Part shown: positions 38,233 through 51,181 of the stretch, one piece after another | How positions within the stretch are numbered: position 1 is the first letter of the stretch | Layout: each line of letters opens with the position of its first letter | Source of the DNA: Paecilomyces variotii | Taxonomy: Eukaryota | Strand: one strand, 5' to 3' | DNA length: 56,765 nucleotides | NCBI GenBank assembly: GCA_004022145.1 | Contig: RCNU01000020.1 | The notes under the pieces: model-generated | Told to the model about the DNA's origin: nothing | What the model saw: the letters and a program-made list of their open reading frames with translations, nothing else | Database searches by the model: none | Translations under genes and position numbers: made by a program

Positions 38233-41200
38233 AAATCGACATTGCCCCAAATATCATGAATTCTACACGAGGAATTTCGGGGAACAATATATGTTCCTCT
38301 ATAATAAGAATTCCTCAAAGAAGCAGGGTCGCTGACAAAATTCACCCATAATAACTAACCATCCCACTCGAAATTGTATGTCAAATGAGGGATCTCACCA
38401 ATATATAATAATAAGTCGAGGAAAAGAGAAATAAATCCTTCCTACTTGTAGAAGCAACCGGTTAATGCAACGGGTAAACACATTCCCTTGAGTCTACCCC
38501 GAAACAAATTAGGGTAGAATGGTTAGAAGCGGAGGAAGTAGAGGATACTTATCCATTAAAGTAAATAACCCCGATATTATTTCTTGCAGGAAAAACCCCT
38601 TTCCCCACACGGCTTTCTTTCCCCGTCGGCGATGTGCAAAACCGCACGGTCTTGTGGATAATTATTATTAGGCCAAAGCGGGAAATGTCCCAGCGTGCCG
38701 AAAGTCTATCAATCTAGATCTAACTTCGGGCAGGAGAAGAAGAAGAATAAAAATAGAGTCTGTAGTGATAATTGTTATCATGAATGTTATCTGAGCATCG
38801 TTTCTGGTTACTGTTAATCGTATATCTACCTGTCTTACGAATCATGATAAAGTACAGTAAGCAGAATTCCAGACGTTTTCGCGCCCTGGTATATTTTTCT
38901 GTTTCAAACCAAGTTAGACGGATGCTCCTTTGCTTAGGGGTGCACATTACGTGCATCAGTCGAAGTGGAGATGCTAGATCATACCCGCTTTCCTCCCAGC
39001 ATCTTGTAATAATTATTTCGTACGGCAGGACTACTACTGCAGTGAAGTTGTCCCTCGAATTTTCCCCTCTCACGAGTAGGTCTAGATGCGTCAACTGAGC
39101 TCGAAGCGATGAAATGGGGGGACATTGGGGATGTACCTCTAAATCCTGTGGAACCGAAGCTTGGACTCTCCACTTCCTGGGGCGGTTCTCGAGTCCTCGA
39201 CCCTCCTATATCGAACAGATAATCGTCGGGAACTAATTTAGCAGATCAGCATGGAAATTCCAGTGCTGTCGTACTGTTTCTGCTTCTTTCGTCCTTCTCC
39301 GCTGCTCTGCACGATGAAGCAAGATCCTCAGGTTGATGGCTGTATTGTTATTCCAGAGGGCTTTTCAGAACCAAGATATTGCACCAAGGTCTAGTAACAA
39401 TACAAAGAGAAAAAGCAGGGTCGGTGGTCGGTATTTCACCGAACTTCCTAATCCTGACTTGACGACTTGGTTGCGGGGCGCGGCGGAACTTTGCCCTGAT
39501 GTGGATATCAATTGACTTTTCGATTGCTCCACAGCATAAAGATTGAGTAGATAGAATCCCTTGTCTCACTCTCCTTCGAGCCGCGTAGCGTAGGAAAACA
39601 TGGTCATCGCTGCAGGACACCAGAGTAAGGAAGGACAAGCGCCCTCCGGGGAGAGCGTGCCGATCCCGAATAAGATCGAAGTTAACGGTTGTCATCGCTC
39701 AGAGCACTCTCGACTCTCTTGAAAAGGTCTATCCACCTATCAACCGAATATATGCGCTTATGGGATCAGATGTCGCGCTGGAAGCATATTGCTGTCTATA
39801 ACCGTCTTGATCGGAGGGTGATCAGCGATGTCCTTTGAAAAAAGAAAGGAAATGGCCATGTCGCACAGGAGAAACAGTGGCATCAGCATTGCTTCAGATT
39901 CTGACTTCTAAGGAAACACAAGGTCGTATCGCAGTCAGATGGACCATGGTAAAATCTGTATGGCTTCGCGGATAACCGGTTACTAGATACTACTGGTATC
40001 ACGTCAGCATCAATCGCATGAGCTGTAAAGACGAGTCCAGAGATACAGTACATTGTGTTGCTTGAGCACTTATCCATCTCGAAGCCAGTAACTAGTGTAC
40101 TCTTGTTGGAGCGAGACTGGCTCATGTGCACCGCTGAATGTACCGGGGTACAGTATCTTGCAATAATGATGACCCATAGCCAGTTCATTATGCTCAAGAG
40201 TCAAGCACAAATGCCTAGCAGCGCACCGGATACACTAAATGTCGCGGCCTCCCGGAAAAAACACCGATCAATTTAAAGCAAATAGTGTGGCCAGGGGGGC
40301 ACCACTGTGAGAAGCATTCTTGAAAACCAGGAAGTGTCCCAACTCCGCCGTTCCGCCCATCCCAAGGAGCGTAATGGGCCCACGCAAATACGCAAAAAGA
40401 GTCTTCACCTGAAATCTGGTACGAACGATCGCTGAATACTGTGTTTCCGGTCCGAGATTCTAAATGAGAACATTGTCAAGCCTCACCCCTAGTACAGTTT
40501 TTGCTGGGTCTTGCATATGAAATGGTCAGCTACTGACCAACCCTGTGGATCAGTATATGGAATAAGATTAATATTGGGATGGAAGGGCCCAGGGGAAACC
40601 ATCGATATGAACTAAAACTTGTCACGGCGCGGCTCTGGCAGTCTCCAAAAGGGTAAGATGCAACCTAGGTGTATTTGGGAAAGCATGACAGTTGCTGGCA
40701 GAGTTAAGCGATTGCAGGATTCACCCAACTGGACTTTAATAACTCAGCACTTGCAATCTGCATGGTGTTGCAATTCTCGAACAACATGAACACGCGGAAC
40801 TCTCATCGATCCGGTACTGATGTTTACGAGGCAGTTCAGGGATATCGAAAGGCCACTGGCTCAAGAGTGCATTTTTGAGCTCGCTGCGGCGCAGCTATAT
40901 TGTACGGAGTACTTGCATAGTCCAGAACCTTAGCCGTGGGAGCTAGCCAAGTTCGAATAAATATCGGTTAGACTAGCACACCAGATGACGACCACAAAAC
41001 GACTAAAGCCGCGTAAGTTGGCCGGTCTGCTGAATTTGCATAACTCTCCAGATGTCTGTCGGAAGGAACTGCTCTGATAGTTTTTCGATCCCTGCCTCAT
41101 GCCGCAGCCAAGTTGGTCGATATTTCGCGGACTCTGTGCATTCACTGCAGATTGGTAATTATTTCATCCGTGGTTAACTCAACTAAAGCGAGATGATTAC

Positions 41201-44200
41201 CTAGGTATGCAAGGGTCGATCACTGCGGGCTGTCATCAAGATCACATATCAACAAGATCGACGACGATCAAAGTTGTTTCTAACAATTGGCTGCAGCCGT
41301 GGTGAGCCAGATAGATAAGTAGTCAAGAGTAAGACAGTGCAGCAGATCTTGGCTGCGTAATATGACTGGTACTCCTTGGGAGCGCGTCTAGTATGCAAGT
41401 GACCATGTCGTGCTGGATCGCAACCATCGGATGGGGGCGGATATACTCTAGACCTGCAGCTGTGCCGCGATTGACAGAAGGAAGATGTTTGTGTTTGCAC
41501 CGACTCATGCAACCGAATGTGTATCATCCAATCAATCCTACAGATGCCTTACTTAGCCTATGCATCTCATTGTCTCTTTTGTATTTAATTTGGTACGGAA
41601 ATAGAACGCTGGCTTCGGTGTTTTTTTGGACCCCGTGTGCCCAATACTGGTTATGCGCCGACTTCAGCCGCACCGGGCGATCAGACGGGACATTGACATG
41701 TTTCTGGCGGAGAACGACAAGATCCGCCAAATGCTGCATCAGCTGGAGGCAGTCGAACTGGAGGTGACAGTGTCGTTCTGTATCGAAGCACATCCCATAT
41801 ACCATTGTTAGCACTTATTGGAGACTCTGCTGCAGTTCGCCCCGCCGGCACGATGCAATGCCAGTCATCTGGAGAGGTGGCTAGCGCTGTCCTCCGCATC
41901 ATACTATCGAGCCAGGTTCGGTTCTATGAGCGGTTCATTGGATGCCAAAACAGACCGTGGTCTTGCTTAGCTATCAGTGACAAAGGAAGCTGTGGACAAG
42001 CAAATAAATCACAGTAGCGGTGGAGTTGCAACGGCGCATGACGGATTGTGATAAGAATGCGGGGAGGATGTGGGGAAGCGGCCAAACTATTGTACTTGGG
42101 AGAGGGAGACCGACTATCAGAGAAGCAGCATGTGGAGAGGAAACCATCTTTTGTAAGGACGGAGTGCCATACTTAGTGAATTGCATCCTTTTAAAACTTT
42201 GTAGATCCTAGAAGCACAGTGGAAGAAGGTTCCACGGCCTATCCTGATCGATGTCCCGCGTGGCCCAATGCCTAGAGAAACTCTGGTCTCATGTCGATCT
42301 GCTTAGTCACATTAAATATAGTTGACTAGTTAGTTAGTTAACAACTAAGTAGGTAGAGAGCTTCCTCTATACCTGTGTAGGAGCCATGAAACAAATGACA
42401 ATACATTCGTACGAGGGAAGGCGGAGTATTTCACTAAGAAATTGTATGTATCTCTCGTCAGAAGCAGCATAACAACGCGATGGAGGATATTCCAAGCTTC
42501 GTCCTTACCGCGGTTTATCCCCAACGCTCCACTGTCACAAGAGATCGATCTGAAGGGGAAATTTTGTCGGAAAAGCCCACGAGGGCTAAACTGTTAGTTA
42601 GTTATGGCGTAAGTGGCTTGTTCGTCAACCAGTCTACGATTGCCATATCTCACTGCAATTTCTTGATACCAGACTGTCTGGATCGATGGAATTGCTCACA
42701 GCTTTAGCGGTTGCTGTTTCTCGGAAGTCCTGTATCGAGTATAGCCTCGAAGAAGGGGCGGCTTGGGGCGAAAGCCTTCCGCGTCGCTCTTCCAACTCCG
42801 CATTCAGATACTCTATAAAATATTACCCCGGAGGATCCTAGAAGGAAAAGAGCTCAAGCGGCATTTCCGTGTCAACAAGTGGCAAAAGTCAAACGAGTCC
42901 TCCCGCTGGGTTGCCTTCAGGAGGCATCTCGGTATCTGCAATAAACTCGTGCTCGCTGGTATCATGAGAGGATAAAGAGGTTTTAGTTAATTGGACATGG
43001 AAAATTTGTCCGGGGTTGATCCAACGAAAATCGCGCGTATGACTCCTGAGATGCTGACCCCTTCCCGACTACGTGGTTGCGTGAAACCAAGTGCACGTCT
43101 TATAGAATTAGTGTGAGAGTTCATCCATCAAGGATTAATGGGGCCGTCTGCATATAGTAGTGCGATTTCTTAATGTCGAATAACCTGCTTTTTTTTTCTT
43201 CTGCTTCTTGTCTGCACCATTCACCCCTAGGTAAGTTAGGGGTCACGCATCTCCTATCCTAAACGCACCCTGTCAGAGTGCGCCGTGGGCAAGGATACTT
43301 AGTTGATCACTTGTTTCAACTAACGTTGGTCTTATCGATAGTCCATGTAACTATGGGGTTATGAAGCCTCGAGAAAAGTTCGAGAAATAAGCTGCGCCGT
43401 CAATCAGTTGTAATACAGTCTGATAACTACCTCGACGGCAGGGCACTAATCATCTGTCACAACTGGCTAGAACGATGATTTCGACCGGCTACTGCGAGCA
43501 TCGATGCCTAAATTCATTTTCGAACCGTTGATTCCCCGGACTGGACGTTGAAGGGGTAGAACAATAGGGCCGTTGTACAGTACATTGTCACTGCTGACCT
43601 GTCCCGTCGCATCATATTGGATTCCAGCTCCTGCACGTATCTGCTACGAAGCAGACGCAATGTAGACTCTCATCAACACCAGACAAGTGGCCCAATCCAC
43701 AGATTCTAACCCAGATGACCAGGTATAATTATATGTGCGTATAGAATCCCCTCCCTGCGATGTGGCGGAATATCAATAGCATCGAGTATAGAAAGAAAGA
43801 TCGATCTGGTCCTAAATGCAACCGCTACTGCGCAAGCAAGAAGACCGCGTCATAATAAACAATAATAACGAAACCATCTCAAGGTACTGTCCGACACTAG
43901 AAGCACACCTTCCTTGTGCCCTTTGCCACTTCCCAGATCTGTAGTGAACGCACCCCGGTCAACCATTTAGGGTTAGAATTGCTAGTAAGACAGCATTCCA
44001 AGTAGAGTTTCAGGCTAATTCTGCCCGTCTCCAAGGATATAATACGAAAGATGCCGTCGAGGGAGATGCAGACTGGCGTAGAACCTGGCGAGAATGAACA
44101 GTAGCTGCGTGAAACTATCTCTCACCCAGTGTGAATAGCGACGAGGCCCGGAGCACTAAGATCCGCTACGGACACGGTTTGGAGAGCTTACTCCTCGTCG

Positions 44201-45357
44201 TCAGAAAGGATTCATCGTCTGGAAGAGAGGCATAGATACTGATAGGATCTAGTTGCCGGCTCTAGCGGCCGCCCTGTGACGGGGCCAGAAGCTGCTCCTC
44301 GTCTCAGCCCTCGGGAAGACCAAGCACGATGATAGCCGGTCCCGAACGAACCTGGCCGGCAGTGCAATTGCGCTAGTCGCCTGGAACGCGGGGAGAGCAT
44401 AAGAACGGCAGGTCTAAGGCTGCTACGATGTTCCAGATGCTGACCGGTGAGTCTTTCCGACAGTTTGAGCAAGAGAAAGGGGAGGCAGGTTACGAGGCAG
44501 GTTGGAAAACGGTGCTTTCTGAATACTAGAAACTAGATAGTGACCGGTGTCCGGGGGAAGTCAAGAGTGAGTCCGATATCCGACTGCGGGCCGGGTCTGG
44601 CCGATATGTAGATAGATAGATATGACAGGACGGAGGCTGCCAAGTGGACTAGATACGGGAAAGAAGATCGCGTCCACGGAGGAGAGGAGAGGAGAGGAGA
44701 GGGAAGGCGACGAAGTATGATAATTAATTACATACCATGTGGTATTATTCGGGATTTGGATTACGGATAGCCCAGGGACATGAAAATCAATACGGCTTGG
44801 GCAATTCCCGAGGGGGTCGTCGGCTCCAGCGGTGGTAACCGCTGACGGCCCGATACAGCCGCAGAACGTAGATTCGTATTATTTGATCTGGGACTGTACC
44901 GAATTCAAGGTAATAATGATACCAAGCGATACTGCCTCAGCCTTCTGTCCTCCTGGTAAGTGCAGGATGATCAGTAATATTAATAATAATAATAAATAAG
45001 TAACTACGTACAACTAAGTTACACCATAACTGCAGCAGTAGTAACGTCACTTGATCTGCTAAGAAAGTCCGAAAAAAGTAATGGGAATGGTAATACTGGG
45101 GACTCGTTGACATTCTGGGACAGCCAGCGGAAATCATATTATCTCTGTTGTGGGTATTTTTCCCATTCTGGACAAATATTGCCCCCATAATAATCACTAC
45201 TACTGCTTTTTGCTTTTTCCCCCTTTCCCTTTTCGATTCGTCTGGTCCCCAATAACAATGCAGCTGGATACTACTGTCTCAGTACTGTCATGGTGTTGTG
45301 TCCTTTGGATCTTCTCGACGCGTATTGATTGGATAGATGGCATGGTATTTAAAAGAG

Positions 45358-45450
45358 AATAATAATAACAGAGAGAGAGGTAATAATAATAATAAGAATA
45401 ATAATAATAGTGCTCACCACCACCACCATCACCACCGTCATCATCATCAT
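45358..45450. repeat. Compound microsatellite (AAT)n/(CAC)n/(CAT)n
   Basis: Read directly. Further simple repeats are at 44681-44702 (GAGAG), 45921-45948 (ATGGTAAT), 46134-46153 (AAT) and 46540-46560 (ACT). Confidence 0.8.
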
Positions 45451-46832
45451 CGCGACTAGTAGAGACCTGATCTGGTCTGGACTAAATGACCGGTAGTAGT
45501 GCCTCAGGACGACGCAGCAATCCCTCTACTAGTCGGGACGGGGAGCCGCGAACAAGCCAACGTGCAAGGGCCAAACACGACCTCGCCAAGCAGCCAACCA
45601 CGAGCGCGGCCACCCCCCTCAGCCGCCCCAGCCCACCCGGCCATGGATGGAGCCGGGAAATGAATCGTGTATCGCCGGTGGTGCATGCGCCCCAGTTTAT
45701 TACACTTTGGGACCCCATCGGGCTCATCGAAACCAAGCGGTCCCACCCGGCCTGACCAACCGTGTCCCAGTACCAGGACCGCCCTTGGCTGCCACTGGCG
45801 CATCCAAACCTCCGGGGGAGGGGCCACCCCATCTAGATACACGGCACCCATCCACGGCCCATGCCGCTCCATGAAAGCTCTCGTGCTGTGTGGAGAGACG
45901 CTGTCGAGCAAAATAATAATATGGTAAGATGGTAATATGGTAATATGGCTAAACTAAGTCGAGTAGAGCAGAGTAAAATAATCACTAACTACTACAGTAC
46001 TACTACTAACTACAACTAACTACTACTCTCTTCTAAATCTACTCTAACTTACTCTGTGAAGTGTGAACCCAACAAAGCTCCCGCCCGCGCCGTTCATCCC
46101 AGCAGCCAGCTCTTCCAAGTTCCAACGCTGCAAATAATAATAATAATAATAATACATAGATAGTTAGTCTAGCTCGTCTGCTTAGTTGACAGCAGCACAG
46201 GGATCGCATCGACTGTTACCCCGTGTGTCGAACGCGCTACACCCCCCCGATCCAGCCAGGCTTCCTATCCTGTCCCTTGCCGCGAAAGGTAAAGCCTTCT
46301 TCGTCGCCGGCTAGTCGAATTAGATTCCTTTCCTTTACGGGACTTGGACTGTACCTCATCGCATCTCCGTGGCCAGGGTGTCTATCCCCAGCTCTGCGAT
46401 GCCGTATGCCTGTCTCCCTTAAATTACCGGTGGCGGACCCCATTCTCTGCCCGCAGCTTTCTCGAACACTACTTCGCCTCTCGCCGCTTACTAGTTACCG
46501 CTCCTGTTAACTACTCTACTACTACTCCGTACTCCTCTAACTACTACTACTACTACTATTACCTACCTACCTTCTTAGTCTTGCCCATCCCACACTCGTT
46601 CTCCGACTGGTCGTCTCTCTGTCCGCAACGGTCGACCCAACCCGTTCGTTTCCCATCCGCTCGATTGCTTTGTCTCTATCCGGGGTCTCTATTGTGCTGG
46701 GATGTGCCATCGAGTCCTCTTTGCGTCTCCGTCGCAACAGGCTCGCTAGGTCACTGGGTGGTTCGTGAAGATTGAGGAGGGAGGGGGACTTGGCTTTTTG
46801 CGCCGCCTGATCTGACCTGACACAACTTCACC

Positions 46833-47932
46833 ATGGCGCCTGGGGGTGCACGCGATTTCAACTGCACATGGGAGAAATGCGGCAAGGTGAGTGACAAACT
46901 GGATTCTTACAATGCCAAACAGGATCAGTTCGATCTCTTGGGGATGGGAATGGGGATCTTGGATGACCTGTGCTGACCAATGTGCAATGTCACCAACAGT
47001 CCTTCAATCGCAAATCCGATCTTTGTAGACATTATCGAATACACACCAATGAGCGACCCTACCACTGTACAGTTGCAGACTGCAACAAGAGCTTTATCCA
47101 ACGGAGTGCACTGACTGTGCATTCGCGAACCCATACCGGGGAGAAGCCCCATGTATGTGACCATGAAGGCTGCCACAAGGCATTTTCAGATGTAAGTAGC
47201 AGGCTCTTGTGATGTGCGGTCTTTTGGTCGGTTGATGGTTTACGCATACAATTCATTCCCATTTCTAGTTCCTTTGCTAATATTTCGAATTATAGTCCTC
47301 AAGTTTAGCCCGTCATCGAAGGATTCATACGGGCAAGCGTCCCTATATCTGCCAAGAACCTGCGTGTGAACGGAGGTGAGTCTCGTCAAGGAAGGAGCCA
47401 AAGTAAACTATCATCATCTGACTTGTCGCTCAGTTTCTGTCGCAAAACTACGTTGACCAAGCACCAGCATCGTTCTCATCGACCCGGGGCGACAACTCGA
47501 ACGCCTTCTGAGGAAACGACCTCGGACTCGACGTATCATCAACCTGCAACGACGATGCCTACGGATCAGTATATGATGGCCCATCAGTCATATTATCCTC
47601 CACCCACCACTTCTGCCCATGAATACTATCCGCCGCATGTATCAATCCCTCAGGTGCCCGTTCAGGATACATCAACCATTGTGGCTCAGAACGTCCATGT
47701 CACATCGCCTGTCGAGACGCAGCCATACATGCATATGATGCCCCGATACGAGCCTGGCCGTGCGAATTATATGCCCCCTGAATATCATCAACCACATTTT
47801 CCCGGACAGCCGATGAACCCTGAGGGGCATCCGATGATGATACATTACCATCAGGATTATCAGTACAAACCGGCACCGCGGCTCTTGAATCAGCCAGAAG
47901 GAACGGACTGGCAGTTTCTCGGTGTCGGCTAA
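46833..47932 (+). CDS. C2H2 zinc-finger transcription factor (4 fingers, Pro/Gln/His/Met-rich C-terminus)
   Basis: CTWEKCGK|SFNRKSDLCRHYRIH, CTVADC...HSRTH, TGEKP linker, CDHEGC...|HRRIH and CQEPAC...|KHQHRSH. Introns at about 46887-46999, 47192-47295 and 47376-47433. Confidence 0.95.
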
Positions 47933-49292
47933 TAGAAATACGGTCATTGATTTTGATTTGTTGATACGAACCCCTCGATCTGTTCGCGCGCTCCGGTTTT
48001 TGCACGGAACACTTGAGAGGACAAATACCCCACGACAGTTGTGCAGTCGTCGCTTTTTCCTTTATGCTCTTTCTTTCGCGGCCGCTTAGTCCGCCATCTA
48101 TTTCTACCCAGGAGTTCGGTCGCGGTCTTTCGACTACAAACTGGCTTACGTGTCTTCCAACGACGCCTATCATGATTGTCTGACGAATGTGACTATTTTA
48201 CGGTATTTGGCGATCGGTTTCTCGTATCTTGTGTCTCATACCCTGCGTAAAGGACTCGGAGCGGCGTCTTTCACACTTTGATCTACTAGTGCTTCACATC
48301 TCTTTACGGAAATTACTCGTGCACGCCATTTTTTTGTTTTCATAGTTTATCTTCGTGGAGGACGGAGACTTGACGCCGTCTGTTAATTTCTTTCTGAAAC
48401 GTTTCCCGCCGCTACCTCGTGGCCAAGCTGGTATACCATGCTAGTTCACATGCTCTACGCATCATACATAATTTCTTTCTAGCATATTTATGATACTTAG
48501 GTTGTCGACAGAACAGCTGTGACGATCTTTGGTGGCGGCGTCGATATGGAAAGTTGATATGTCTCTGGAGGCGTCTACAGAGATCAAACTGAGTAATAAA
48601 TCAGGCCTTCTCTCTCTGGAAGATGAAGCCGGTGGGTTTCGCCAAGAATAGCTGTACGTGCCATTCTAAGCGTCACAATTCAAACGGCAGCAGTATTACT
48701 GCTACCGAGAACCTACCTGGAAGATCAGGAGCTCGCTTGTTCAGGACGATATGATATTTTCATCTATGTGGTGGCGAAGCGCGATGCTACTTCATCCCGA
48801 AGTTGTCCTCGTATTGTTCACTCTGTGGCAAATAATATACGGGCCTGGCCGACTTTTCTTTGCTGAGTCCCAGGTCAACATGTTCTGGTCCATTAACCGA
48901 TGGCCCCTTCGATCCGCTGGGACGGCTCTTAGAGTGGAAGAAACGGCAAGCGCCCCAAAACAAGGAGTTTCCGCCACGACTTGGTCTGTCCTCAATATCA
49001 TTATATTATTACCACTAGAACGTCTTGTTCGGCATCGCCGATGTGGACAGATTATGATGGTTTCTCCCCCCCCCCCCGAAACTCAAGTCACTCGAGCCAA
49101 GGATAGCTACGGTCTTGGCTCGGGATGAGTACTTCAGCCATTGAGCGACGAACGGAGATAATTTCCTTGTCATCCAACAGAAAAGGCAACGATCGTTGAT
49201 CCTGCATATCGTGCAACGTGTATATCTACGTTGGAGTTGTTTGGTGGAGAATCTTTAGACAGGAGTTCCGCCCGCTACTTCTCGTAGCGTTA

Positions 49293-51181
49293 ATGTAATT
49301 CCCGACCGACCTGATCACCCGCCCGACCTGATCACCCGCCCGACCTGATCACCCTATAAGCTTCTCTCGCGATTATTAAATCAGTTTTATTTAACCACCT
49401 ACTATGCTATTAAAAAAGCCTATTTTATTAAAAAATTATACTAAGCAGAAGAGGAGGGTCTTATTAGTAATTAAAGCTTTAAAAAAAATTAAATTCTTTC
49501 TATATAGAAGGTAGTATTAACTTTTAATATTCTTTATATAATCTTTTAGATAAGACTTTAAGAATATTAATTTTGCTATAATATCCCTAATAATATATTT
49601 AAATTAAATGAAATATAGCAGAAATTACTTATATAATAGATATTGTTTATAAATTTATAGGGATTAAGTCCTCGGCCTGTATAAATCTAAGAGATAAATA
49701 GTCTTCTTATAAGTTAAGATAGTAGGGTTTAGCTAGAGAAGAATTAGGTATTTATATTTATTAAATATCGCCTTAAATTAAAAAATATTTATTTTAGATA
49801 ATATTTTTATTAATAAGCTAAATATAAAGACCTAAAGGTTATTAAACTTTATTTTAATATTATTTAAATAATTAGAATAAAATATAAGATTATAAATAAA
49901 AATATTTATAACTTTAATAAAACTAGATATATAATAAGCCTTATTATTACTGCTAAAATAGTAATATAAGCTAAATATTATAAAAAGCATTAAATTATCT
50001 AATTAGGCAATTATAAATAAGTTATATTAATTAAATATATTAACTCTATAGGCTAAGTAATACTACTATATATTATTTTTAAAGGTAAAACCTATATTTA
50101 AGGCTAGTATAAGAATCTTAATATATTAAAAAATTAGAGAATTAAAGTTAGCAATAATAGCTAGACTATAAACTAGATTAAATTATATTAGCTTAAAAAG
50201 GTTTTTATATCTTAAATAGCTTATTAGAAGATTAAATAATATTTATTTCTTATTCTAGATAAATATAGTAATTATTTAACCCTAGAATTTAATAAGATAT
50301 ATAATAAATATAATATTATTTTAGTCTATATATTACTATACTTATTAGCTTTCTATTAATCTTTAGATATTAGCTGCTTTAAGCCTTTAAAAGGAGTATA
50401 TAATTATTTAGTTTAAGATAAGTACTATTAGAGATTTAATTATATTAATAAGTTTAACTTCCTAAATATTTATTTTAGAGCTTGCGCTTAAATATTTATT
50501 TCAGATATTATTAAAAGCGGATTTAAAATAACTGATTTAATTTCTTTTAATCTAAAAAAAGTGTTTAAATAATTTATTATTTAATTAATTACTCTTATAT
50601 TATTAGAAAGCTAGTTAATTGCTTTTATAGTCTCCCTATTTAAAATATTATAAAATTATAAAGATTTAGAGAAGTATAAGACTATATTTTAAGGCTTATT
50701 TAAAAGATAAATCTAAAGTCCTTTATTTATTAATTAGCTAGTCCTAGATTATTTTATTTAATAATATAAATGCCTAATAAGTAAAAAAACCCTTATAATA
50801 TATAAGAATTAAAATCTATATTTAGCTAATAAAAAATTTTAGTAAAAAAAATAATAATTTAATTATTAAATAGGTACTATATAGAGTTTAAATATTAAAA
50901 AAGATTAAGTTTTTATATAAAAGAATAATAAAGCCAGCAAAGCTCTTACTAATATTATAAAGAAATTAGGTAATTTAACTATATAGCTATATTAACAGGC
51001 ACTATTAATATGTTTAAATTATAATACTAGGGGCTATACTAGAGTTAGATATCCTAATTAATATAGCGATAAAATATTGTTAAATTATGCTGCTATTTAG
51101 GTAGTAAAATTGGACAGTATTTCATCTAGGTGTTTGGGGTGATCAGGTCGGGCGGGTGATCAGGTCGGTCGGGAATTACGT
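49293..51181 (+). mobile_element. Fot1/pogo (Tc1/mariner superfamily) DNA transposon, RIP-inactivated
   Basis: About 45-bp TIRs A(C/T)GTAATTCCCGACCGACCTGATCACCCGCCCGACCTGATCACCC, TA target duplications at 49291-49292 and 51182-51183, length 1889 bp. De-RIPped DDE motifs IYNFDETGYMMG (~49903), LILDGHGSH (~50250) and QPLDVGCFKPLK (~50357). Confidence 0.95.

Noticed and set aside
49301..49354. Short direct repeats resembling a CRISPR array
   Set aside because: No spacers. These are transposon terminal repeats in a eukaryote.
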